Of a DNA stretch of 64,000 bases, positions 1 through 10,351 are shown piece by piece. Position numbers and translations under genes: made by a program. Each line of letters starts with the position of its first letter. Position 1 is the stretch's first letter. The notes under the pieces were generated by a model. It worked only from the letters and a program-made list of their open reading frames with translations. It did not search any database and had not been told where the DNA came from. This DNA comes from Nocardioides sp. (lineage in GTDB: Bacteria; Actinomycetota; Actinomycetes; Propionibacteriales; Nocardioidaceae), in NCBI RefSeq assembly GCF_044226765.1, contig NZ_JBGAGJ010000003.1, positions 97,045 through 161,044 of the forward strand, in the 5' to 3' direction.

Positions 1-843
1 GGCGTCTTCCTCGCCGACCTCCTCGTGGTGTGGCTGGGCTCGGGGGCCTGGCAGATCGGGCTGATCGTCGCCCTCGCCATGACCGCCGCGTTCCTCCTCG
101 ACGGCGGCCAGCTGTTCGTGACCCAGGCGGCGGTGCAGTCGATCGTCATCGTGGGGCTGGTCGCCGGTCCCGGGCAGGCGTTCACCCGGTGGACGGACGC
201 GGTCGTCGGCGGACTGGTCGCGCTCGTGGCAGCCACGGTGGTGCCGGCGGCGCCGTTGCGGCGACCCCGTGAGCAGGCGGCGGTCGTGGCGCGCAAGATC
301 GCGGACCTGCTGCGTGCCGCGAGCGCGGTGATGACCGAGGGCGAGTCCGAGCGGGCCATGGCGCTGCTCGCGGACGCACGGGCGACGGACTCCCTCATCC
401 GGGAGCTCCAGGACGCGGCCGACGAGGGACTGTCGGTCGTCGACTCCTCGCCGTTCCGGGTGCGCCACCGCGACGACCTGCGCAAGATGGCCGAGCTGGT
501 CGACCCGCTCGACCGCGCGCTGCGCAGCACCCGCGTGCTGGTGCGGCAGACCGCGGTCGCCGCCTACCACCGGCGGCCCGTGCCCGGCTCCTACGCGCTG
601 CTGACCCTCGACCTGGCCGACGCCACGGACGACGTGGCCGAGGAGCTGGCGTCCAACCGGATGGCGGTGGCGGCCCGGCCCGCGCTGCTCGCCGTGGCCG
701 ACGCCACGGGGCGGGTGGAGCGCTCCGAGGTGCTCGCGGCGGAGGCGATCCTGGCCCAGCTGAGGTCGGTGATCGCCGACCTGCTCATGGTCTCCGGGCT
801 CGACCAGCTGGAGTCGACCGACGCGCTGCCGCCGCCCCGATGA
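1..843 (+). CDS. FUSC/aromatic acid exporter family membrane protein (5' truncated by the window edge)
   Basis: Frame is open from base 1; hydrophobic N-terminal segments (QAAVQSIVIV, RWTDAVVGGLVAL) then a helical soluble tail; stop overlaps the dinB start (ATGA). Confidence 0.7.
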   Translation, partial: GVFLADLLVVWLGSGAWQIGLIVALAMTAAFLLDGGQLFVTQAAVQSIVIVGLVAGPGQAFTRWTDAVVGGLVALVAATVVPAAPLRRPREQAAVVARKIADLLRAASAVMTEGESERAMALLADARATDSLIRELQDAADEGLSVVDSSPFRVRHRDDLRKMAELVDPLDRALRSTRVLVRQTAVAAYHRRPVPGSYALLTLDLADATDDVAEELASNRMAVAARPALLAVADATGRVERSEVLAAEAILAQLRSVIADLLMVSGLDQLESTDALPPPR

Positions 844-1946
844 CCGCTGCGGAGACCGCCTCGGGCACGGCACAGCCCTGGGTGCTGCACGTCGACCTCG
901 ACCAGTTCATCGCGGCGGTGGAGGTGCTGCGCCGCCCCGAGCTGGCCGGCCGACCGATCGTCGTCGGCGGGCGCGGCGACCCCACCGAGCGGGGCGTGGT
1001 GGCGACGGCGTCCTACGAGGCGCGGGCGTTCGGCGTCGGGTCGGGGATGCCCCTGCGCGTGGCGGCCCGCAAGTGCCCGGACGCGGTCTTCCTACCGGTG
1101 GACAAGCCGGCGTACGACGCCGCGTCCGCCGAGGTGATGGAGGCCCTGCGCGGCCTCGCGTGGGGCGGGGTGCCGGTGGTGGTCGAGGTGCTGGGGTGGG
1201 ACGAGGCGTTCCTCGCGGCGGGAGCGCACCACGGGGACCTCGGCGACCCTCGTGACTTCGCCGCGCACGTGCGCACCGAGGTCCTGTCCGCGACCGGGCT
1301 GCACTGCTCGGTGGGCATCGGCGACAACAAGCTGCGCGCGAAGATCGCGACCGACTTCGAGAAGCCCCGCGGGGTCGCCCAGCTGACCGAGGCGACCTGG
1401 TCGGAGGTGATGGGGGACCGGCCGACGACCGCGCTGTGGGGCATCGGCGCTCGGACGGCGAAGAAGCTGGCGGCGCTCGGCATCGAGACCGTCTCCCAGC
1501 TGGCCGCGTCCGATGCGCGGGTCCTGGCCGCCGAGCTCGGCCCGACCATGGGCCCCTGGTACCACCGGCTCGGCCGAGGGGTGGACACCAGCCCGGTCGA
1601 CGCGACTCCCTGGGTGGCGCGGGCACACGGGCGCGAGGAGACCTTCCAGGTCGACCTGGAGACCCGCGCGGAGGTCGCGGCGGCGGTCCGCTCGCTGACC
1701 CGGCGGGCCCTGGCGGACATCGATGCCGAGGGCCGCCCGGCCGCCCGGGTCGGGCTCAAGGTCCGGCTGCGACCGTTCGTGACGGTGAGCCGCAGCCTCA
1801 CCCTGCCGGCGCCCACGCGTGACCCCGAGGTGCTGGAGGAGGCTGCGGTCTCGCTGCTCGACCGTCTCGACCCCCGCGACCAGGACCGACCCGTCCGCCT
1901 GCTGGGCGTGCGCCTGGAGATGGTCCCGCCGCCCGAGGGCTACTGA
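840..1946 (+). CDS. dinB: DNA polymerase IV (Y-family)
   Basis: Y-family motifs HVDLDQFIAAVE, VATASYEARAFGV, GWDEAFL, SVGIGDNKLRAKIA, LWGIG, and C-terminal PVRLLGVR. Confidence 0.93.
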   Translation: MTAAETASGTAQPWVLHVDLDQFIAAVEVLRRPELAGRPIVVGGRGDPTERGVVATASYEARAFGVGSGMPLRVAARKCPDAVFLPVDKPAYDAASAEVMEALRGLAWGGVPVVVEVLGWDEAFLAAGAHHGDLGDPRDFAAHVRTEVLSATGLHCSVGIGDNKLRAKIATDFEKPRGVAQLTEATWSEVMGDRPTTALWGIGARTAKKLAALGIETVSQLAASDARVLAAELGPTMGPWYHRLGRGVDTSPVDATPWVARAHGREETFQVDLETRAEVAAAVRSLTRRALADIDAEGRPAARVGLKVRLRPFVTVSRSLTLPAPTRDPEVLEEAAVSLLDRLDPRDQDRPVRLLGVRLEMVPPPEGY

Positions 1947-1972
1947 GACGGTGCGCGGGAGCTCGCCGGCGC

Positions 1973-3103
1973 CTACCCCAGCTCGGCGCGCAGCTCGCGG
2001 ACCACGGAGTCGACGACCGCGACCAGGTCGCCGTCGGTCTCGTCGGCGACCGCGCGTTGGCGCTGGTAGGACGCACCGCGGGCCGGGATGTCGGCCACGG
2101 CGGCGAGCTCGGGGGCACAGCCGAGCCGGTCGGCCACCGGGGCGAGGCGGTCGAGGAGGTCGGCGAGGTCCTCGGTCACGAGCCGCTCGTCCGATGCGGG
2201 AGAGGTGATGACGATGGCGTCGAGGCCGTAGCGGGCGGCGCGCCACTTGTTCTCCTGCACGTGCCACGGCGGCAGCACCGGCAGAGTCTCGCCCGCGGCG
2301 ACCCGGGTGTCGAGGTCGATCACGAGGCAGTGCATGAGGGCGACCAGGGAGGACAGCTCCGCGAACGTCGACATCCCGTCGCACACCCGGTTCTCCAGCG
2401 TCCCGTGGGCGCAGGACGGCCGGACGTCCCACCGGATCTCGGTGAGCTCCTCGATCACCCCGGTGACCACCTGGTCGGCCACGAACGACTCGAACTCCGA
2501 CCACCGCTCGAACTGGAACGGCAGCCCGGCGGTCGGCAGCTGCTGGAACATCAGCGCCCGGTTGGACGCGTAGCCGGTGTCGATGCCCGCCCAGATGGGG
2601 GACGACGCCGAGAGCGCCTGCAGGTGCGGGTAGTAGGTGAGCAGCGCGGACAGCACCGGCATCACCCGCTCCCGCTCCGGCAGCCCGACGTGGACGTGGA
2701 CACCCCAGATCAGCATCTGCCGGCCCCACCACTGGGTCCGGTTGATCAGCTCCTGGTAGCGGTGCCCCTCGGTGAGCTGCTGGCCGGTCCAGGACGCGAA
2801 GGGATGGGTGCCGGCGCCGTAGAGGTCGATGTCGAGCTCGTCACCGGCCGGCACCACCGCCTCGAGGGTCCGGCGCAGGTCGGTCATCGCCTCATCGACG
2901 GTGTGGCAGACACCGCTCACGATCTCGACGGTGTTGCGCAGCATCTCCTGGTGCAGCTTGCCCGGGTCGGCGAGCCGGGGCTTGGCGCGGGCGAACAGGT
3001 GGGTCGCGTCGTTGCGCAGGTCCCTGCTGCGCCGGTCGACCAGCGCGAGCTCCCACTCCACGCCCAGCGTGGGCTCGGGCGATCCGTGGAAGTCGATCCG
3101 CAT
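1973..3103 (-). CDS. Glutamate--cysteine ligase family 2 / YbdK carboxylate-amine ligase
   Basis: TLGVEWE, GVHVHVG, ALSASSP, WDVRP, ENKWRAARYGL motifs; start taken at MRIDF (ATG 3103), not the longer ORF. Confidence 0.88.
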   Translation of the reverse strand: MRIDFHGSPEPTLGVEWELALVDRRSRDLRNDATHLFARAKPRLADPGKLHQEMLRNTVEIVSGVCHTVDEAMTDLRRTLEAVVPAGDELDIDLYGAGTHPFASWTGQQLTEGHRYQELINRTQWWGRQMLIWGVHVHVGLPERERVMPVLSALLTYYPHLQALSASSPIWAGIDTGYASNRALMFQQLPTAGLPFQFERWSEFESFVADQVVTGVIEELTEIRWDVRPSCAHGTLENRVCDGMSTFAELSSLVALMHCLVIDLDTRVAAGETLPVLPPWHVQENKWRAARYGLDAIVITSPASDERLVTEDLADLLDRLAPVADRLGCAPELAAVADIPARGASYQRQRAVADETDGDLVAVVDSVVRELRAELG

Positions 3104-3122
3104 ACCGGAAGCGTTCCACAGC

Positions 3123-3662
3123 TCAGGTGGCGGTGGACTCCCGCACCCGGTCCAGCCACGCGGCGGCGGCCCCGTCGAAGGGCGGTGCGCCGGTCGCGAC
3201 GGCGGCGTGCACCCGCTCGCAGGAGGCCAGCGCGGCCTCGACGACCTCCTCGGGGTAGCCGAACCGGACCCGGTGCGCGGCGAACTCGTCCTCGTCGTCG
3301 ACCCACACCCGGCCGGTCCGGCCCCGCACGACGTCCAGGTCCAGGTCGACGGCCCGGATCGTCGCCTCGTCCCAGGTCGGCGGCGTGGTGACATCGACGT
3401 ACACCTGCACCGGCCCGCCCACGTCGTGGAACGTGGCCAGCCACCCCCGGTCCTGGTCCGGTCCGGGCGCCGGCACCAGGCCGACCTGGTGGGTCGGCGC
3501 GACGTACGACGCGCCGGGGCGGCTCATCGGCGTGCCCCGGACGATGCCCAGCCAGTCGCCGTGACGGTCGCTGCCGAGGTAGGTCGCGGCGAACTCCCAG
3601 TGGGGTCGGTCACCCCACTTGGTCATCGCCACGTGCACGTCGGACCCGGGCGCCAAGGGCAT
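3123..3662 (-). CDS. DUF402 domain protein
   Basis: KWGDRPHW, YVDVTTP, VDLDLDVV, DEDEF motifs. Confidence 0.8.
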   Translation of the reverse strand: MPLAPGSDVHVAMTKWGDRPHWEFAATYLGSDRHGDWLGIVRGTPMSRPGASYVAPTHQVGLVPAPGPDQDRGWLATFHDVGGPVQVYVDVTTPPTWDEATIRAVDLDLDVVRGRTGRVWVDDEDEFAAHRVRFGYPEEVVEAALASCERVHAAVATGAPPFDGAAAAWLDRVRESTAT

Positions 3663-3690
3663 TTCACCTGTCTACCAGCCGGCTGCCACC

Positions 3691-5043
3691 ATGGCGGCCA
3701 TGTCGGCCACTCGGGAGCTGAACCTGACCCTCGACCTGTGCCTGCGGATCGGCGAGCTGCTGCTGTCCTCAGGGGCCGGCGCCGCCGACGTCACCGCAAC
3801 CATGCAGGCGGTCGCGTGGCGCTACGGCGTGCGTCACCCCGAGACAGACGTGACCTTCACGTCGCTGTCGATGAGCCACCAGCAGGACCCCGAGGAGCCG
3901 CCGGTCGTGCTGATCCGGCAGGTCAAGCAGCGCGAGATCGACTACGAGGACCTCACGCTGGTCGACCACCTGGTCCGCGACCTCCTGCACGGCGACGTCG
4001 AGCTGGGCGAGGCGCGCTCCCGGCTGGCCCGGATCGTCTCGTCGGGCCACGTGCTGCCGCGCTGGGCGGCGACGCTCGGCTGGGGGGCGATGGCCGCCGG
4101 CGTCGGCCTCCAGCTCGGGGGTGACACGGCGGTGGTGGGGATCGCGTTCGCCGCGGCGGTCGCGATCGACCTGCTGCAGCAGGCGATGGGGCGTCGCCGC
4201 ATCCCGTTCTTCTACCGCCAGGTCGCCGGGGCCGGGATCGCGACGCTGATCGCGGTGCTCGCGGCGTCGGTGGGCACCGGTCTCGACCCGTCCCTGGTCG
4301 TGACCGCCAACATCGTGATGCTGCTGGCCGGCATCGGCTTCATGGGAGCGTTGCAGGACGCGCTGTCCGGCTTCTACGTCACCGCGGGGGCGCGGCTGAC
4401 CGAGGCGCTGCTCGCGACGGCCGGGATCATCGCCGGGGTGAGCGGTGGGCTCCAGGTCGCCGACCTGGCCGGCGTGGAGGTGGGGCGGCTCGACCCCGGG
4501 GCCTCCGACCTCAAGGAGCTGTCGGTCATGGCGCTGGGTGCGGCCGTGAGCGCCTCGGCGTTCGCGTTCGCGTCGTACGCGCCGCGCCGCTCCCTGCTGC
4601 CGGTCGGCGTGGTCGCCGCGGCCGCCATGGTCATCTCCCAGTCCGTGGGGCTGGGCGGGGTGGGCAGCACCTGGTCGACGGCGCTGGCGGCGTTCTTCGT
4701 CGGCCTGGTCAGCTTCGGTGTCGCCGCACGGATGCGCGTGCCGCCGCTGGTCGTGATCGTGCCCGCGGTGGTGCCGATGCTGCCCGGGCTGTCGATCTAC
4801 CGGGCGCTCAGCCTGCTCACCGAGGGCGGGCACCAGACGTCCGCCGGGCTGCTCGCCATGGTGACCGCGGTGTCGATCGCGATCGCCCTGGCGTCCGGGG
4901 TGATCCTCGGCGAGTACGTCGCGCAGCCGCTCGGGCGCGAGGCGCAGCGCCTGGAGAACCGGCTCGCCGGCCCCCGCCTGGTCGGTCCGCTCCGGGTCCG
5001 GCGGGTCAGACGACGCCCGTCTGCTCCGGCAGGACGCGGCTAG
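3691..5043 (+). CDS. Threonine/serine exporter family (ThrE) membrane protein
   Basis: IGELLLSSGAGAADV N-terminus, about 10 TM segments, PMLPGLSIYR; start at 3691 or 3700 uncertain. Confidence 0.85.
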   Translation: MAAMSATRELNLTLDLCLRIGELLLSSGAGAADVTATMQAVAWRYGVRHPETDVTFTSLSMSHQQDPEEPPVVLIRQVKQREIDYEDLTLVDHLVRDLLHGDVELGEARSRLARIVSSGHVLPRWAATLGWGAMAAGVGLQLGGDTAVVGIAFAAAVAIDLLQQAMGRRRIPFFYRQVAGAGIATLIAVLAASVGTGLDPSLVVTANIVMLLAGIGFMGALQDALSGFYVTAGARLTEALLATAGIIAGVSGGLQVADLAGVEVGRLDPGASDLKELSVMALGAAVSASAFAFASYAPRRSLLPVGVVAAAAMVISQSVGLGGVGSTWSTALAAFFVGLVSFGVAARMRVPPLVVIVPAVVPMLPGLSIYRALSLLTEGGHQTSAGLLAMVTAVSIAIALASGVILGEYVAQPLGREAQRLENRLAGPRLVGPLRVRRVRRRPSAPAGRG

Positions 5044-5848
5044 CGGCCCGGGCGACCAGGTCCTGGTAGCGCGAACCGGTCAGCTTCGCCAGGTGGTGGA
5101 TCGCGTGCGCGTCGAGGCCGACCAGCACGCGGGCCTTGCTGCCCTGGACCCCCTTGACGATGATCTCCGCGGCCCGCTCCGGTGTCATCCGGGCGAGCTT
5201 CTCGTCGAAGAGCTGCGCGGTCGCCTGCTTGTCCTCCTTGGCCGACACGCGCGCGTTGCGGGCGATCGCGGTCTTGATGCCGCCGGGGTGCACCACCGTG
5301 ACCCCCACCGGGTGCCCGGCGACCAGCATCTCCTCCCGCAGGGCCTCCGACATGCCGCGGACGGCGTACTTGGCGGCGTTGTACATGCTCTGGCCGGGCA
5401 TCGAGATGAGGCCGAAGACCGAGGAGATGTTGACCAGGTGCCCGTCGCCCGAGGCGATCAGGTGCGGCAGGAACTCCTTGGTGCCGTGCAGGACGCCCCA
5501 GAAGTTGATGCCGATGATCCAGTCCATGTCGGCGTACTCGAGGTCCTCGAAGTTGCCCGACAGCGCCACGCCGGCGTTGTTGACGACCACGTTGACCCGG
5601 CCGAAGTGGTCGGCGACCGCCGTGGCGTACGCCGCGAACGCCGCCCGGTCGGCGACGTCGAGGTGGTCGGAGCGGACCTCGCGGACCCCGGCCGACTCGA
5701 CGAGGCGGACGGTCTCGGCGAGGCCGGCGTCGTCGATGTCGGAGATCGCCAGCCGGGCGCCGCGGCGGCCGAGGTCCTGCGCCAGCGCTCGGCCGATGCC
5801 GGACCCGGCGCCGGTGATCACGACGACCTTGTCGTCGAAGCTCTTCAT
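5006..5848 (-). CDS. Short-chain dehydrogenase/reductase
   Basis: TGAGSGIG, NNAGV, NISS, YNAAK; ATG 5848 overlaps the monooxygenase stop. Confidence 0.92.
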   Translation of the reverse strand: MKSFDDKVVVITGAGSGIGRALAQDLGRRGARLAISDIDDAGLAETVRLVESAGVREVRSDHLDVADRAAFAAYATAVADHFGRVNVVVNNAGVALSGNFEDLEYADMDWIIGINFWGVLHGTKEFLPHLIASGDGHLVNISSVFGLISMPGQSMYNAAKYAVRGMSEALREEMLVAGHPVGVTVVHPGGIKTAIARNARVSAKEDKQATAQLFDEKLARMTPERAAEIIVKGVQGSKARVLVGLDAHAIHHLAKLTGSRYQDLVARAASRVLPEQTGVV

Positions 5849-7386
5849 GCGGGCTGCTCCTCGCGGGTCGGTGCCAGGGGAGTGGTCGTGTAGGCGTCGG
5901 CGTCGAAGGTGGCGAGCTGCCGGCGGAACGTGACGGTCGACTTCGGCCACAGGGTCGTGTTGCGGCCGTGCTCGTCGAGGTACCAGCTCTGGCAGCCGCC
6001 GGTGGTCCACACGGTGCGCTTCATCCGACGCTGCAGGTTCGCGTTCCAGCGGCGGTACGCCGGGAGGCGCGGCTCGACCGCGCCCCACCCGTGCTCCCGC
6101 ATCGCCCGCAGCGCGCTGCGCAGGTAGGCGACCTGGGCCTCGATGATGAACACCATGCTGGTGTGGCCCTGGCCGGTGTTGGGTCCGACGAGCACGAAGA
6201 GGTTCGGGAAGCCCGGCACGGTCGTGCCCTTGTACGCCGCCATGCCGCTCTCGCTCCACACGTCGGCCAGGGTGCGGCCGGCGGCGCCGGTGACGTGCTC
6301 GGCGAACGGCAGGTCGGTCGTGTGGAACCCCGTGGCGACGACGATGACGTCGACCGGCCGCTCGGTCCCGTCGGCCGTGACGACCCCGCTCGCGGTCACG
6401 GCGGAGATCGGGTCGGTGACCAGCTCGACCTCGGCGGCGGCCAGTGCGGGGTACCAGGTGTTGGAGCGCAGGATCCGTTTGCAGCCGATCTCGTAGTGCG
6501 GCGTCACGCGCTCTCGCAGCGCCGGGTCTGAGATGCCCTTGCGGATGTTGGCCAGCGCCGCCTGCTTGGCCGGAGCCGCGATCCGCGGCTCGATCGTGAA
6601 GGCCGGCACGTAGCCCTCGTGCGCCCAGTAGATGCCGGTCCGGTAGAGCTTGCGCAGCAGCGGCAGCCGGCGCAGCGCGCGCCGCTCGAGGGCACCGTAC
6701 CGCCGGTCGTTGCGCGGGATGATCCACGGTGGCGTCCGCTGGTAGACGTCGAGGTGGCCGCCGGTCGCCGCCGCGACCTGCTGCAGCTCGGGGACGATCT
6801 GGATGGCCGACGCGCCGGTGCCGATGACGGCGACGCGCTTGCCGGCCAGGTCGACGGTGTGGTCCCACTGCGCGGAGTGGAACAGGGCGCCTCGGAAGGT
6901 CTCGATGCCGTCGATCTCCGGGAGCCGGGGCTCCGACAGGCTGCCGGCGCCGACCACGAGGGTCGTCGACACGACGGTCCGCTCGCCGTCCGGACCCGTG
7001 ATCCGGGAGCGCCACACCTGGGCCGCGGCGTCCCAGGCCGCGTCCTCGAAGCGGGTGTCGAACTCGAACCGGTCCAGGGTCCCCGAGCCCTCGGCCACGT
7101 CGCGGATGTACGCCTGGATCTCCGGCCCGGCCGAGTAGGAGGACGACCACTCGGGGTTCGAGGCGAACGAGTAGGAGTAGAGCTGGCTCGGGACGTCGCA
7201 GGTCGCGCCGGGGTAGGTGTTGTCGCGCCAGGTGCCGCCGACGTCGGAGCCCTTCTCGACGACCAGGAAGTCGGTCTCGCCGTCCTCCTGCAGCTTGATC
7301 GCCGCGCACAGCCCGGCGAACCCGGCGCCGACGACGAGGTGCCGCACCCGCACGGGAAGGTGATCGGCGGGGAGGAGGGAGGACAT
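5845..7386 (-). CDS. Flavin-containing monooxygenase (Baeyer-Villiger type)
   Basis: GAGFAG, GGTWRDNTYPG, BVMO fingerprint FxGxxFHSAQWD, GTGASAIQ, ATGF. Confidence 0.92.
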   Translation of the reverse strand: MSSLLPADHLPVRVRHLVVGAGFAGLCAAIKLQEDGETDFLVVEKGSDVGGTWRDNTYPGATCDVPSQLYSYSFASNPEWSSSYSAGPEIQAYIRDVAEGSGTLDRFEFDTRFEDAAWDAAAQVWRSRITGPDGERTVVSTTLVVGAGSLSEPRLPEIDGIETFRGALFHSAQWDHTVDLAGKRVAVIGTGASAIQIVPELQQVAAATGGHLDVYQRTPPWIIPRNDRRYGALERRALRRLPLLRKLYRTGIYWAHEGYVPAFTIEPRIAAPAKQAALANIRKGISDPALRERVTPHYEIGCKRILRSNTWYPALAAAEVELVTDPISAVTASGVVTADGTERPVDVIVVATGFHTTDLPFAEHVTGAAGRTLADVWSESGMAAYKGTTVPGFPNLFVLVGPNTGQGHTSMVFIIEAQVAYLRSALRAMREHGWGAVEPRLPAYRRWNANLQRRMKRTVWTTGGCQSWYLDEHGRNTTLWPKSTVTFRRQLATFDADAYTTTPLAPTREEQPA

Positions 7387-7393
7387 GCGGCCG

Positions 7394-7429
7394 ACCGTAC
7401 TGGCGGTATTGAAAAAGTGTCAATAGAGT
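7394..7429. promoter_or_regulatory. Divergent leaderless promoters with a TetR-type operator palindrome
   Basis: Minus strand TTGACA(7423-7418)-18 bp-TACGGT(7399-7394), 7 nt before ATG 7386; plus strand TAGAGT (7424-7429), 7 nt before GTG 7437; palindrome TATTGA-N7-TCAATA at 7407-7425 overlaps both. Confidence 0.75.
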
Positions 7430-7436
7430 GCGGGGC

Positions 7437-8066
7437 GTGAGCCAGACTACGACGCCGCGGACCCGGTTGTCGCCCGAGCAGCGCCGGGAGCAGCTGCTGG
7501 ATCTGGGCGTCCGGCTGCTCGCGACCCGGTCGCTCGACGAGCTCTCGATCGACCTTCTGGCCGAGGAGGCCGGCATCTCGCGCGGCCTGCTCTACCACTA
7601 CTTCGGCAACAAGCACGACTTCCACGTCGCGGTCGTGCGGCGCGCCGCCGACGACCTGATCGCGAAGACCGCACCGCCCGCGTCGGGTGACCCGCTGCAG
7701 CGGCTGCTGGTGTCGCTGGCGGCCTACCTCGACTACGTGGTCGACAACCACGAGGGCTACCTCTCGCTGGTCAAGGCGGCGGCGGGCGGCAACGACACCC
7801 TGCGCGAGATCTACGAGGAGGCTCGCTCGGCGCTCAACCGGCGGGTCTTCGACGACGAGGTCCGCGGCGAGATCGTGCCCGACACGCCCGCGACGCGGCT
7901 GGTGGTGCGCGGGTGGTCGGCGATGGTCGAGGAGCTGGTGCTCTCCTGGATCGAGGATCCCCGCGGGGTCAGCCGCGACCAGCTCCTCGAGGTGATGGCG
8001 GCGTCGCTGCCGGCCCTGGTGGAGGCGGCGGCGGGTCCGACGGGGTCGACGCCGGGGCCAGCCTGA
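7437..8066 (+). CDS. TetR/AcrR family transcriptional regulator
   Basis: RREQLLD, LAEEAGISRGLLYHYFGNK HTH; divergent from the monooxygenase. Confidence 0.93.
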   Translation: MSQTTTPRTRLSPEQRREQLLDLGVRLLATRSLDELSIDLLAEEAGISRGLLYHYFGNKHDFHVAVVRRAADDLIAKTAPPASGDPLQRLLVSLAAYLDYVVDNHEGYLSLVKAAAGGNDTLREIYEEARSALNRRVFDDEVRGEIVPDTPATRLVVRGWSAMVEELVLSWIEDPRGVSRDQLLEVMAASLPALVEAAAGPTGSTPGPA

Positions 8067-9470
8067 CGTCGATCGTGGTGTCGCCCGGCACCGAGCGCAG
8101 CGACACGGTCCCGCCGTGGGCGGTCACGATCGCCTCGACGAGCGCGAGGCCGAGGCCGACACCGACCTCCGCGCCGCGGGTGCGGGCCGCGTCGCCGCGC
8201 ACGAAGCGCTCGAACGCGCGGTCCACGAGGGCCGGCGGGAAGCCGGGGCCGTCGTCGTGCACGGAGAACCCGTCACGCCGCACGGTCACGGTGACCGTCG
8301 TGCCGGCCGGGGTGTACTTGCGGGCGTTGGTCAGCAGGTTGGTGACGACCTGGTGCAGCCGGAGCGCGTCGCCCTGCACCTCGTACGGCGTGTCGACGGC
8401 GTCGTCGGGCACCTCGACCCGCCAGCGGTGCGCCGGGTCGACGACCTGGGCGTCGGAGACGGCCTCGACCAGCAGCCGGGTGAGGTCGACGGGGTGGCGC
8501 TCCAGCGGCCGGCCCGAGTCGAGGCGGGCCAGCAGCAGCAGGTCCTCGACCAGCGAGGTCATCCGGCCGGACTCCTCCTCGACCTTGTCCAGGGCCGTGC
8601 CGACCGTCTCCGCGTCCCCGGGCCGGCGGCGGGCGAGCTCGGTGTAGCCGGCGATCGTGGCCAGCGGCGAGCGCAGCTCGTGCGACGCGTCGGCGACGAA
8701 CTGGCGCACCTGCTGCTCGCTGCGGTGGCGCGCGTCCAGCGAGCTCTCGACGTGCGCGAGCAGGGTGTTGAGCGCGGCGCCGACCTGGCCGACCTCGGTC
8801 CGCTCGTCGGTGAGCCGGTCGGGCACACGCTCCTCGATCGCGGTCGCGCCGGACGCCATCGGCAGCGCCGCCACGGTGTGCGCGGTGGAGGCGACCTCGC
8901 GCAGGGGACGCAGCTGCCGGCGTACCAGGACGAGGGCCGCCGCCGCCGCGACGACGACGGCGAGCGCGGCGAACACGACCTCCCACCAGACCAGCTTGGC
9001 CAGCGTCTCCGTCACCTGGTGCTCGGAGAGCCCGACCACGATGGTGCCGCCGGGCACCCGGGCGGCCGCGACCCGGTAGGAGCCCAGCCCGGGGAGCGAG
9101 ACGGTGCTGGCGTCGTCCTCGCCGCTCGGTGCCGAGGCGAGGGCGTCGAGCGTCGCCGCGTCGAGTGTCTTCGGGGCGACGCGGTCGTCGCCGTCTCCGT
9201 CACCGGCGGAGATCACGTAGCCGCTCGGGTCGCCCGACGTGGGGAAGCCGGCGACCACGGTGCCGGGGGCGCCGAAGCCGGGCTGGTCCGGGCGGCCGGC
9301 GTTCGCGACCGTCAGGTGGAGGGTCTCGCGGACCTGCCGGTCGAGCTGGTCGTGCAGGTAGCTGCGCATCGCCAGGGCGGTGGCGGCCCCGAGCAGCACC
9401 GAGACCGCCAGCACGAGGACGACGGTCGTGAGGACGAGCCGGGAGGTGAGGGAGCGGAAGATCCTCACCG

Positions 9471-9474
<4 letters not shown>
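7969..9474 (-). CDS. Sensor histidine kinase (HAMP, HisKA, HATPase)
   Basis: FVADASHELRSPL H-box, NLLTNARKY, DDGPG, FERFVRG, GLGLALV; two TM segments; GTG 9474 overlaps the regulator stop. Confidence 0.93.
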
Positions 9475-10196
<722 letters not shown>

Positions 10197-10203
10197 CGTC
10201 ATG

Positions 10204-10256
10204 AGGCTATCTGTGCCCGACCTGTGCGCGGGCTGTGTTGCTGTGAGGGGTCTGTG
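10204..10256 (-). promoter_or_regulatory. Response-regulator promoter with five CACAG direct repeats
   Basis: CTGTG on the plus strand at 10211, 10222, 10233, 10241 and 10252 (spacing 11, 11, 8, 11); -10 TAGCCT at 10209-10204. Confidence 0.6.
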
Positions 10257-10351
10257 CAGCGTCTCGCGCGTTCGGCTGCGAGCGGGCCCGTGGGTGCCTA
10301 GGCTCGTCCGGCCCCTCGCCTGACCTTCGCCGACATCTCGGGAGCCCCCTC

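Noticed and set aside
5006-7576. 856-aa ORF suggesting a fusion with the SDR
   Set aside because: The N-terminal part is an off-frame reading of the monooxygenase; the SDR has its own RBS (GAGGAG) and ATG at 5848.
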